Positions 9,401 through 17,945 of a stretch of 35,624 nucleotides of DNA are shown piece after piece. The translations under genes were made by a program, and so were the position numbers. Under the pieces are notes generated by a model. It did no database searches. It saw only the letters and a list, made by a program, of their open reading frames with translations, and was not told where the DNA came from. The stretch lies in contig JAUCBJ010008772.1 in the NCBI GenBank assembly GCA_032718475.1, positions 1-35,624 of the forward strand, read 5' to 3'. The stretch's first letter is position 1. Each line of letters begins with the position of its first letter. The DNA is from Nemertoderma westbladi. Taxonomy: Eukaryota; Animalia; Xenacoelomorpha.

Positions 9401-10300
9401 TGGGAGAGAGTCTCGGTTGACTTTAAAGGACCCATACCATCAGCCACCAGAAATAAATACTTATTCGTTTGCATTGATGAGTTTTCGAGATTTCCATTTG
9501 CATTTCCTGTACCAAACATGAAGTTAGAAACTGTTGAGCGATGTTTAACATCGCTGTTTACTCTATTTGGTCCATGTAAGTCTGTCCATTCTGACAGAGG
9601 ATCACAGTTCGAAAGTCAGAAATTTAGAGATTATCTTGAATCATGGAATATTACTAAAACACGTACAACTGCCTATCATCCTTCAGGTAATGGGCAGTGT
9701 GAACGGTACAACGGAATAATTTGGCGGCACATTCTGCTTCGGTTGGCAGAGTCCAATAAGAATGTGAACCAATGGGAGTCAGAGCTGGATAATGCATTGG
9801 GGAATATACGTGCCTTGACTAACCGTATTACAGGTGTCACACCTCACTCGAGGTTCTTAAGATTTAACAGATTCTCTACAGTCGCACCCAGGCCATCCAG
9901 CTCCGATAAACCCTATGTAAAATTCACGGGACCAACCTGGTTGAGGAATGGCAACTGGGTATTCTGTAAGAAGGGACCTACACAGTCTCTTGTCAAAGCG
10001 CAAGTGATAGAAGTAATCTCCAACCAGATTGTAAAGGTTGATGATGGCAATGGTTGGATAGACACAGTGAATATCTCTAAACTATCGCGCTGTCCCCAGT
10101 CGATAGTGGATTCAGTGGAGCAAGTCGATAATGACAATATGAATCCTGGGAATACAGAAGAGGAAACGTTCGATATAAGTTATGATTTTGCGGTGAATAG
10201 TCCCTCAAATCATGGAGAAGAGCCCCAGAGCTCTACCACTACAAGGAACACACATAATACTCAGACTTCATGTACTAGGAGTGGTCGTGTATATAAATAG
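6458..10300 (+). CDS. Gypsy gag-pol polyprotein (gag with two CCHC knuckles, protease, RT, RNase H, integrase)
   Basis: CFGCGSAAFHSKTEC and CHKCGKPGHFARMC; LVDPGS; FSKFDLRSAYHQ, RLPYG, IVDD; LETDAS, ELEA, LTDQ, ADALSR; H..LGHPG...C..C, VDFKG, HSDRG, GNGQCERYN. Confidence 0.97.
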   Translation: MAEADQSTGTNTEPYDVGTGQRRTGPTLSRVLEKFNPDKDDFSQWMNQFKRFIRLSRVPDSEKVDWLLLYSGEKAARYYDEVKVWGTLNPGETEFTQAVSFLEKKLMMERNALSERVKLYSSKQSDGASLDDFVSDLRKNISFCRFPAAFENEALRDAFCTGVASDDIRVAVFRAYKSAEKSGNVFGFEDAFSTAEIEQSSVRAAVEHSGGVTASHGSKVANVPRALTRLAETGPGVDGSSIHNPAYVCSGRATQQSSPSGKWRCFGCGSAAFHSKTECRARSVDCHKCGKPGHFARMCRSTTPGSKPTGNVAPGNSSSSAAFRVAANDGHQNTGGSLRKFVTAKVNDIQLDWLVDPGSDITLVDLHTAKKFKWQINGSTIGTSCLSIGNQSLNILGKVETIIEIDNRYIVVPVFIARELCDPAILGVSALKEFTEVQLPFGGNQGNLRVSSCSGGLLEEFQELFVEENVGLAVEPVSVIILNSEATPIRSASRYRSSDDRKFIQSEVTRLLGDGVIEPSQSPWRSQCVISHEGDKRRFCIDYASTINQFTEHDAYPFPVVSEIIDRIAVGKVFSKFDLRSAYHQLPIKEEERPYTAFEAGGKLFQFNRLPYGVTNGTAVFQREIMNIISDLEGVEVIVDDVVVFGNDTKEHDERVRKFLERARIAQMRFKLTKCEFHKTEIQFMGHIIGNGCTKPDPSRYQGLMDLPVPSNKKALERLVGICVYYSKWVKNFAMVANPLFVSLKEGCFPLNSECIQAITEIKRQIVESCLLIPNLVDPLVLETDASDSAIGGMLSQNGRPIAFISHSLSQTERYWSTPELEAFAIYYCVDKLRDFLMGRRFEILTDQEGVSYLLDERPKTKVKNRKLCRWRIELAEFAFEISYRRGTDNIIADALSRCCASQSSDGGLQDGQGSVSLDTIHRGLGHPGVERTYQFIKQFYDWPGLKQDCAKICHDCIICCEQKPRFVKPTPGTITSSTEPWERVSVDFKGPIPSATRNKYLFVCIDEFSRFPFAFPVPNMKLETVERCLTSLFTLFGPCKSVHSDRGSQFESQKFRDYLESWNITKTRTTAYHPSGNGQCERYNGIIWRHILLRLAESNKNVNQWESELDNALGNIRALTNRITGVTPHSRFLRFNRFSTVAPRPSSSDKPYVKFTGPTWLRNGNWVFCKKGPTQSLVKAQVIEVISNQIVKVDDGNGWIDTVNISKLSRCPQSIVDSVEQVDNDNMNPGNTEEETFDISYDFAVNSPSNHGEEPQSSTTTRNTHNTQTSCTRSGRVYK

Positions 10301-10508
10301 ATTAGGAGGCCACACATAAAGACATTGCACTGGTAAAGTAGGGTTTCCTTTTTTTGGGTATGTAATCAATATTTTCTTTAGTATTGTTAGTCTTAAACTG
10401 TAACTAAATTGGTAACTAGGTATAGACTTTCGGAACTAATGACATCCTCCTTTGTAACGTTTTCTTCGGATTTTTCCTGAAATATATATTATATATTTTA
10501 GCTTTATT

Positions 10509-10520
10509 AGCGGGGGAGTA
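10509..10520 (+). promoter_or_regulatory. Polypurine tract
   Basis: AGCGGGGGAG followed by TA immediately before the 3' LTR. Confidence 0.8.
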
Positions 10521-10728
10521 TGTAGAGTTTGTGTAGTGTGTAGTACAGGGCGAAATACGGTACCGTACCTATGGTTATATATATAGGCCTACATACAGAT
10601 TGTAGTAGCTGTGCCTGATGTATTAATACTTGTATTGCGTTACCGTTAGTTAGGCTATATGATGTTAGCCTATTATATTATATTGTATTTGGAATATTGA
10701 AGTTGTATCTCTTTCTCAACGCTCGACA
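10521..10728 (+). repeat. Gypsy 3' LTR
   Basis: Direct repeat of 6223-6430. Confidence 0.97.
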
Positions 10729-11597
10729 ACTAGACTGTGAAATGTCCCGTAACATGAATATATACAGCGACACTCCTGTGCGCCAAGTGGCAGTAGAAAA
10801 CTTTACCCTACAGAGATATCTTTATTAGACACTTCGGTTAAATCTTTATATATATATCCTTTTTTTTATTTAATTTAATATTAATCCCCTGTATATCTTA
10901 TTTATGTCCCTTGTTAGTCTGTATAGTCCGTATTGGTAGCCTATAATTATTTTTGAGAACATTACTTGCAAATATATTTAGCTATATTTTTAGTAGGCCT
11001 ATTTTCACATATTTTTAATGTAATTATATTTGAGATCATTATTATTTGTAATTATTTTAAGCCATTCTGTATTGGCGTAATTATTATATTTGAGAACATT
11101 AATTGTAATTATTTGTAGCTACTGTACCTACTATCTCTACACAACATTATTTGAAATTATTTTTGAACGCAGTTAACATTTTGTAAGTAAGACAAACATA
11201 TTGTAAATATACCCTTTTTTAGCAACTACTTTACAGTATATAAATACGCTGATTAGCTTACTTTTGCCAGATATGCAGATATGTGTGTATGCAGTATCTC
11301 TAAATTTAAAGGTGCAGTCATGAACTTATTGTTACTCTGGCGTCATTAATAACATAAGCAAGACGGGTCTATTTGGCGGTATACCCCGGACGAGAATGGG
11401 AAATGGAAACGCGATAGGAAGTGGAGATTGCCAACGCCCGCCGCTAAATCTCCAGCACAGGCGACAACCGAAGAAAACAACACTACTGCCGACCAAGAGG
11501 AAAACTAGAGAGGGGAGGAGGCAATACAGATCCGCGCCTGAAATGTTGTCTACTGAACTCTAGATCGCTGAAAAACAAGATACATGATCTCGAACAT

Positions 11598-12503
11598 TTG
11601 ATCGTTTCCTCTAATTACGACGTCCTCGCTATCACCGAGACTTGGTTGGACGGATCGGTCACTGATTCAATGGTGGGTTTCAAACAGCATCAGGTTTTTC
11701 GAAAAGATCGCCCCTCTCTTGGCGGCGGGGTGGCAATACTGGTGCGCAACAACATTCGTTGTGTGAATGTTCCTCTCCCTAACAACCTGGATGGACTCGA
11801 GGTGGTCGCTGTCGATTTTCTCGGGTCGACTCCTTTCCGTATGGTTTGCGCCTACAGAACCCCAGATTCTGAAACCGGAGAAGAGAGAGCGGAGAAGTTG
11901 GAACTGGACTGCAAACTGAGGCAATGTATCTCATCGCTGTGCGACGTCACCCAACCTTGTCTCGTGGTAGGCGATTTCAATCTGCCTGATTTTAACTGGA
12001 AGGATTTTAATTACCCATCAAGCCACAACTACGAACAGTTTTCTTTATTTATTTTAGAAAATGGTTTTGATCAACTGGTTACAAGACCCACTCGTGAGGA
12101 TAATATTTTAGATATAATTTTAGTTTCTGACGAATCAATTGTGTCTGATGTTGAAGTAGGGCATACTTTTTCAACCAGTGACCACTCAATAGTAAACTTT
12201 TATACTTTAGGACCAGACATTTTAATTCCAGTTAACAATTTGGGTTTTTACGATTTTAAAAATGCTGATTTTGTAGGATTTTCCCATTACATTTCGACCA
12301 TTAATTGGCACCTCAATTTTGACTCGTGCAGTACGATTGATGAATTTTGGAACGTTTTTTCAACAGTACTTAAAGACGGTGTTGATAAATTTGTACCATA
12401 CAAACTACTAAACACTAAGAAAAAGGTGTACCCACATCACATTCGCGCACTACAACGAAAGAAAAAGTTACTTTGGCGCCGGCGCCACACATTTTTTTGG
12501 TAA
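11598..12503 (+). CDS. LINE ORF2 AP-endonuclease domain (frame open from 11448; ends at a one-base frameshift in T7 at 12492-12498)
   Basis: LLNSRSL, AITETWL, RKDR..GGGV, VGDFNLP, PTR...ILD and SDH motifs; removing one T gives HTFFGKSDY, in frame with the 12604 ORF. Confidence 0.92.
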   Translation: MIVSSNYDVLAITETWLDGSVTDSMVGFKQHQVFRKDRPSLGGGVAILVRNNIRCVNVPLPNNLDGLEVVAVDFLGSTPFRMVCAYRTPDSETGEERAEKLELDCKLRQCISSLCDVTQPCLVVGDFNLPDFNWKDFNYPSSHNYEQFSLFILENGFDQLVTRPTREDNILDIILVSDESIVSDVEVGHTFSTSDHSIVNFYTLGPDILIPVNNLGFYDFKNADFVGFSHYISTINWHLNFDSCSTIDEFWNVFSTVLKDGVDKFVPYKLLNTKKKVYPHHIRALQRKKKLLWRRRHTFFW

Positions 12504-12603
12504 ATCAGATTACAACCGTTGTTGTAAGGAACTGTCAGAGGCAATTCTCCGATCTGAATGTTTACGAGAATATAAAATTCTAAACAGTGGAAAGGCGAAT
12601 GTT

Positions 12604-14301
12604 TTGTTTAATTACGTAAACTTAAAGTGCAAATCTAGACAGGGAATTTCACCTCTTTCATTTAATGGTGCCACAATTGTAGATGATGCCGTCAATAAGG
12701 CTGATATTTTCGCTAAGGTTCTGTCAGACAATTTTAATATTGATAATAACGATTGCCCTACATTTACGCGGAGGGTCCCGCAATCTGTATATATTTCTAA
12801 AGTCGATTTTTCAGTTGATCGTGTTTTCTCAATTATTCGTAAATTAGGTTCTAAAACAAGTCGTACGCCTGACGGTTTTCCGTGCATTTTATTCAGTAAT
12901 TTAGCGTCAGTTTTATCTTTACCGTTATCTGTTATTTTTAATATTTCTTTTAAATCACATGCCCTTCCTTCAATTTGGTCTACAGCTATTATTGTCCCGT
13001 TGTACAAAAAAGGAAACTCGAGTGACCCATATAACTACAGACCCGTTTCATTGACTTGTATTGCGTGTAAAATTATGGAGCAGTGTATTAAACAAGATTT
13101 GTGTGATTACTTATTTACTAACAAATTAATTAATAAGGCCCAACATGGCTTCTTAAAAAATAAGTCTACATGTACCCAGCTATTAGAATGTACAAAGGAT
13201 TGGATTAAATTATTGGATAGAAAGTGCACTGTTGATGTAATCTACATAGACTTTGCGAAAGCCTTTGATTCTGTTGTGCACCAAAAACTTTTATGTAAAC
13301 TTTCTTCTTACGGTATAGTAGGTGACTTATTTTATTGGTTAAAGGCTTTTCTCGCATATAGATCACAACGTATTTTAGTTGGTAGTAGTTTCTCGGATTA
13401 TAGTCCAGTTACGTCGGGCACCATACAAGGTAGCGTACTAGGTCCAATTTTATTTGTGCTTTTTATTAACGTTTTACCGGATATTTTTAATTTAGGGTTA
13501 TCGTGTAAACTATTTGCGGACGACGTCAAAATATATGCGCCACCCAGCGACCACTTGCTGATATCACAGTCCCTGTACAAAATCACAGAATGGTCTAATA
13601 AATGGCAGTTGAATATCGCTCCACACAAATGTATAGTGCTCTATTTAGGTTACAATAACCCTCAACAGCAATATTTTCTAGATAGTAAACTTGTTAAAGC
13701 AGAGGATGATTGTAAGGATCTGGGAGTTACGATTTCTTCTGATTTTAAATTTAATAAACATTGCCATGAGCGTGCTCTGAAATCAACTAAAGTAATCAAT
13801 ATGATTTTTAGATGTTTTCGTACTCGTAATATGGCAGCCCTAATTTGTGCTTATAAATCTTACGTGCGTCCCTTATTGGAATATTGTACAGTAATTTGGT
13901 CTCCTTTTACCAAAGGACATATAGATCTGATCGAACACGTACAGAGATATTTTACGCGCAGATTATTTTTTAGATGTAAATTAACCATGGTGCCTTATTT
14001 AGATAGACTTGAGTACTTAAACTTACAACCACTCGAAGTTAGACGTCATGTGTTTGATTTAAAACAGGTTTACTCTATAATCACCGGTGCAGTGCAAATG
14101 AATTTTGATGATTTTTTTAGCTTTGCTTCACGAAGGGGTCTTAGAGGTCACCAATATAAATTGCAACACAATTTTTGCCGCCTACAAATTTGTCAGAAAT
14201 ATTTTTGTAATAGGATAGTTAGTATGTGGAACGACCTACCTTCTAATGCTGCATCAGCCCCAAACATTAATATTTTTAGTAATATTACTAAAAATAGATG
14301 A
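12604..14301 (+). CDS. LINE ORF2 reverse transcriptase domain (C-terminus interrupted; original stop probably 14497-14499)
   Basis: NYRPVSLT, QHGF, YIDFAKAFDSV, QGSVLGPILF, LFADD, KDLGV, YVRPLLEY, IEHVQRYFTR and LRGH are CR1-clade motifs. Confidence 0.95.
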   Translation: MFNYVNLKCKSRQGISPLSFNGATIVDDAVNKADIFAKVLSDNFNIDNNDCPTFTRRVPQSVYISKVDFSVDRVFSIIRKLGSKTSRTPDGFPCILFSNLASVLSLPLSVIFNISFKSHALPSIWSTAIIVPLYKKGNSSDPYNYRPVSLTCIACKIMEQCIKQDLCDYLFTNKLINKAQHGFLKNKSTCTQLLECTKDWIKLLDRKCTVDVIYIDFAKAFDSVVHQKLLCKLSSYGIVGDLFYWLKAFLAYRSQRILVGSSFSDYSPVTSGTIQGSVLGPILFVLFINVLPDIFNLGLSCKLFADDVKIYAPPSDHLLISQSLYKITEWSNKWQLNIAPHKCIVLYLGYNNPQQQYFLDSKLVKAEDDCKDLGVTISSDFKFNKHCHERALKSTKVINMIFRCFRTRNMAALICAYKSYVRPLLEYCTVIWSPFTKGHIDLIEHVQRYFTRRLFFRCKLTMVPYLDRLEYLNLQPLEVRRHVFDLKQVYSIITGAVQMNFDDFFSFASRRGLRGHQYKLQHNFCRLQICQKYFCNRIVSMWNDLPSNAASAPNINIFSNITKNR

Positions 14302-14442
14302 TTATAGAGTAAACCTGTTTTAAATCAAACACATGACGTCTAACTTCGAGTGGTTGTAAGTTTAAGTACTCAAGTCTATCTAAATAAGGCACCATGGTTA
14401 ATTTACATCTAAAAAATAATCTGCGCGTAAAATATCTCTGTA
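13940..14442. repeat. 144-bp inverted repeat (13940-14083 and 14299-14442) with a 26-bp palindrome at 14271-14296
   Basis: Direct reverse-complement comparison; no mismatch noticed. Confidence 0.93.
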
Positions 14443-14837
14443 AAATTTGCACGGGATGTAGACCTTTTAAAATATTGCAGTTTTAACAGATTTTTATAAT
14501 AATTGGATTATTTTTGGCATAACTCATGTTATTATATAATACTATTTATTGTTAATATATCAATTTCAGTACGGGCAGTAGAAAAATATCTTTAACAATA
14601 TTTTTTAGAAAAATATTTTTATCAGGGAAACGTTTAATTATTTAATACTTTTTAGTTACTTTTACATGTACTTATAACGATTAGTATACAAATTAATTAA
14701 CTTAAATAATGGAATGGCTAACCGTAAGTGCACGGGCCTGGTTAGTCTCCTCCCCCACTACTTACTGTATATATTTTTATCTGATGATCTATTTTATTTG
14801 AAATAAATTTCATATGTGCAATTTTTGACTATGGGTG

Positions 14838-14869
<32 letters not shown>

Positions 14870-14879
14870 AATAATAATA

Positions 14880-15114
14880 GCGGGGTAGCTCAGTTGGTTG
14901 AGCGCCGGGCCTGCAATCTATTGGTTGTAGGTTCAGCCCCGCCAGGGTCCACTCATCCTTTCATCCACTGGGGTCGATAAAATGAGTACCAGTTAAATAA
15001 CTGGGAGCAAATCTTGGGATAGGAGTAGCGCCCACCCCTACCCTCGGGTAGCAGCTATCGAAAGAGGAGACTTCGGGTCGCCTCCGGCTTCGGCCGACTG
15101 TTTGCTTTTTTTTT
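14880..15114 (+). mobile_element. tRNA-derived SINE with a conserved central domain (Deu/Nin-like, possibly also Meta-like)
   Basis: A-box TAGCTCAGTTGG (14886), GCA anticodon-like loop, B-box GGTTCAGCCC (14930), CCTTTCATCC...GGGGTCGATAAAATGAGTACC, a hairpin-rich 3' part and a T9 end. Domain names are from recollection. Confidence 0.8.
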
Positions 15115-16014
15115 GAATAACATAACATATACTGGTATAACTTGCAATAGGCCTATTACAGTACAGCAGTATTACAGTATTGTAGCCGGTCAGCCGTTAG
15201 GCAAGTCAGTCTGGCAGTACAGCAGTAACAGAGTAGGCAGTAGGCGACTGACAACTGGCAGGTGTTAGTGTTAGGTTAGGACTACTGCAGTACAGCAGTA
15301 GGGTCCTACTGCGTTCAGTGTTAGGCAAAACAGAAGTAGGCCTAACTGCAGTAGGGAACATACCCTTAAATAAGCTCCAAAAGTGGGTTCTTATTTAAGG
15401 AAAATGGCTCTTATTTAGGGGTTTTTGGGCCTTTTTTGGATATTTTTTCGACATAATATGTAAGAACTTGTTTCAAGAAAAAATACCGCATAATTTTATT
15501 TCACATTATAAAAGTTGGGTCTTTCTTGAACATAATGCAAAAAACCAGAAAACATTTCACCGTCCGGTTTTTTTTCTACAAGCGTTTTAAAATTGCATCA
15601 AAAATACGACCAGTTCCTAAATAAGAGGGATTTTTTAAATTTACCTTATTTAAGACATCGAAATTGTACACATAAATACTAAAAGTCCTTAAATAAGAAC
15701 TTTTTGACATGGGTTTCTTATTTAGGTATACAATTTCATTCAAAAATCTGCATACTCCTTAAATAAATTAAATATTTCTCATTTCTCATATATTAAATTA
15801 AATAAATTAAATTGAATAAATTAAATTAAATTAAATAATTTAAATTAAATATCCTTATATAATATCTCTTATAACCTCGTCTCCCAGCCCCGTCCTCCTT
15901 CCTGCCTTCTGCCTATATGCTTATGAGATGACAGTTATGACCTAACTGCCTAACCTTGACAGGACATTGCAAGATGCAGAGATAAGGGAGCTTCATTTGA
16001 TAGGTGCAAAAATG

Positions 16015-17072
16015 CACAACGAGCAACAATGACCAACAATAAGCAACAACGAGCAACAAATGAACAATGAGTAACAAAACAACGAGCAACAACGAGTAAC
16101 AACGAGCAACAATGAGCAACAACGAGTAACATTGAGCAATAATAAAGTACAACAACGAGCAATAATGAGGAACAACGACTGAACGAACAACAATGAGCAA
16201 CAACGAGTAACAATGAGCAAGTACGACTCTACGAGTAACATTGAGAAACAATGAGCAACAACCAGACAACGAGCAAAAATGAGCAATAATAAAGTACAAT
16301 GAGCAACAGTGAGAAACACAAACAACGAACAACAATGAGCAATAATGAGGAACAACGACTGAACGAGCAACAACGAGTAACATTGAGAAACAACAAGCAA
16401 CAATGAGCAATAATAAAGTACAACAACGAGCAACAATGAGCAACAATGAGCAACAATGAGGAACAACGACTGAATGAGCAATAATAAAGTACAACAACGA
16501 GCAACAATGAGTAATAATGAGCAACAACGAATAATAATAAAGTACAACAAACGAGAAACAACGACCAATAATTAGGACATGAGGAACAACGAGTAACAAT
16601 GAGCAACAATGACAATGAGTAACAATGAGTAACATTGGGCAATAATAAAGTATAACAACGAGTAACATTGAGCAACAACGAGAAACACTGAGCAATAATA
16701 AAGAACAACAACGAGCAACAATGAGCAACAACGAGAAACAACGAGCAATAATGAGCAACAACGAGTTATATTGAGCAACAATGAGCAATAATAAAGTACA
16801 ATAACGAGCGCAACAGTGAGCAACAACGACTGAACGAGCAACAACGAACTTAATATTGAGCAACAACGAGCAACAATGAGCAATAATAAAGTACAACAAC
16901 GAGCAACAATGAGCAACAACGAGCAATAATAGAGTACAGCGAGCAACAACGATCAAAAATAAAGTACAACTAACGAGCAACAATGAGCACCAACAAGCAA
17001 CAATGAGCAACAATGACCAACAACAAGAAATAATAAAGCACAACGAGCAGCAATGAGCAACAACGAGCAACA
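16015..17072. repeat. Degenerate 10-mer satellite (AACAA[C/T]GAGC)n with a recurring AATAATAAAGTAC variant
   Basis: About 1.05 kb of tandem units; the source of the spurious Leu/Val/Cys-rich ORFs on the - strand. Confidence 0.95.
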
Positions 17073-17089
17073 AACTGCGTCGAACCGGA

Positions 17090-17497
17090 TTGAATGTGGG
17101 GGAGAGCCACATTCAAGTGAGCGAAGCCTTAGCATTAAATTAACATAATAAACATTAACGAGTTGTCTGTCGTCATTGGAAATTTTTTTATCGCTAATAA
17201 CTCGGTCATTCCTTGATGAAATTAAACGAAACTTGGTATGTATGTATTCTGTCAAATTAGAAATAATCTGAAGTTTGGTAAGAAACAAACGAACGCAATG
17301 AGGCAAATTAAGGAGACGAGTATTGTGTTGAACGACCTCTGACTAACGAAAGATAACATGTTAATAGAGTGGGGCCCCAATCAGCTAGGGCTAGCTAATA
17401 TACATTTTATTATAAGAAGGTTGCCAACACATTGTTACTATCAGGGCTAGCTAAGGCTTTGCTCACTTCATGCTGCGCAAAGGTCCCATGAACGTGT
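17090..17497 (+). mobile_element. Short Helentron/DINE-like non-autonomous element related to 24922-28247
   Basis: Shares the head TGTGGGG.GAGCCAC..AAGTGAG..AGCCTTAGC, the body TAATAACTCGG...TTGATGAAAT...AAACTTGGTA and the tail TGCTGCGC.AAGG.CCCA.GAACGTGT. Confidence 0.55.
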
Positions 17498-17499
17498 CC

Positions 17500-17945
17500 C
17501 ACTGCTGCCTGAGCCAGTTGAGCCAAAACGTCATCCAGTCATCATCTTTAACCTTCATAACGTCTATCAGCTGCCCGACCGAACCATCTTTGTGCCTATT
17601 GACATGACATTGACATTGGTTTTTTTTCACACCTTTCAAGAACAACATTGTGGACAATCCATCTAAGTGGGACGTAACGCGGAGCAGAAGAGGAAATGCA
17701 GGACACAAGTTAGTTTTTCGAAACTGTGCGGCGATGTCCAGTTACTTCGAAGTACGTGTCATCGAAATACGTGACAATGTATGTGCGCTCAGATGGGCGA
17801 TGGGCTATTCTTTTGAATATCAATGGGCTATTCTATGCTACCGTGGAAGGCAGAAGGTAAGAATGCCAGTGCTAGCAACTTCATTATGATACGATATTCT
17901 ATAGAGGATTTATAGAGTGCAGTGCAACCATTGTCCTTACCCTTA
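17500..17945 (-). pseudogene. Decayed MULE/MuDR-type transposase C-terminal fragment
   Basis: Across frames, in order: GCTALYKSSIEYRIIMKLLALAFLP (LLALAFLP at 17878-17855), YFDDTY (17769-17752), PRYVPLRWIVHNVVL, KTN, HKDGSVGQLIDVMK. This matches the animal MULE pattern LxALAFLP..YFxxTY..WNV..RTNN..HPxIWxxI. Confidence 0.7.

Larger units (their letters stand above)
6223..10728 (+). mobile_element. Full-length Ty3/Gypsy LTR retrotransposon (Mag-like gag), recent insertion
   Basis: Two 208-bp TG...CA LTRs, TSD ACTAG (6218-6222 and 10729-10733), PPT and a single gag-pol ORF with PR-RT-RH-IN order. Confidence 0.97.
11358..14879 (+). mobile_element. CR1-type non-LTR retrotransposon, 5'-truncated in ORF1
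   Basis: Probable ORF1 tail ending GAA AAC TAG (11508), APE endonuclease plus RT ORF2, AT-rich 3' UTR with AATAAA and a (TAA)n tail at about 14838-14879; possible TSD AATAACATAA (11348-11357 and 15116-15125). Confidence 0.9.

Noticed and set aside
10870-11230. AT-rich stretch with recurring TTTGAGAACATT...TTGTAATTATTT words, possibly an orphan LINE 3' UTR
   Set aside because: No ORF, tail or boundaries support a call.
14880-14950. tRNA-Cys(GCA) gene
   Set aside because: The acceptor, anticodon and T stems do not close properly and the sequence runs into a SINE body.
15913-17306. Several long Leu/Val/Cys-rich ORFs on the - strand (up to 399 aa)
   Set aside because: They are translations of the 10-mer satellite, open in several frames because of its composition.
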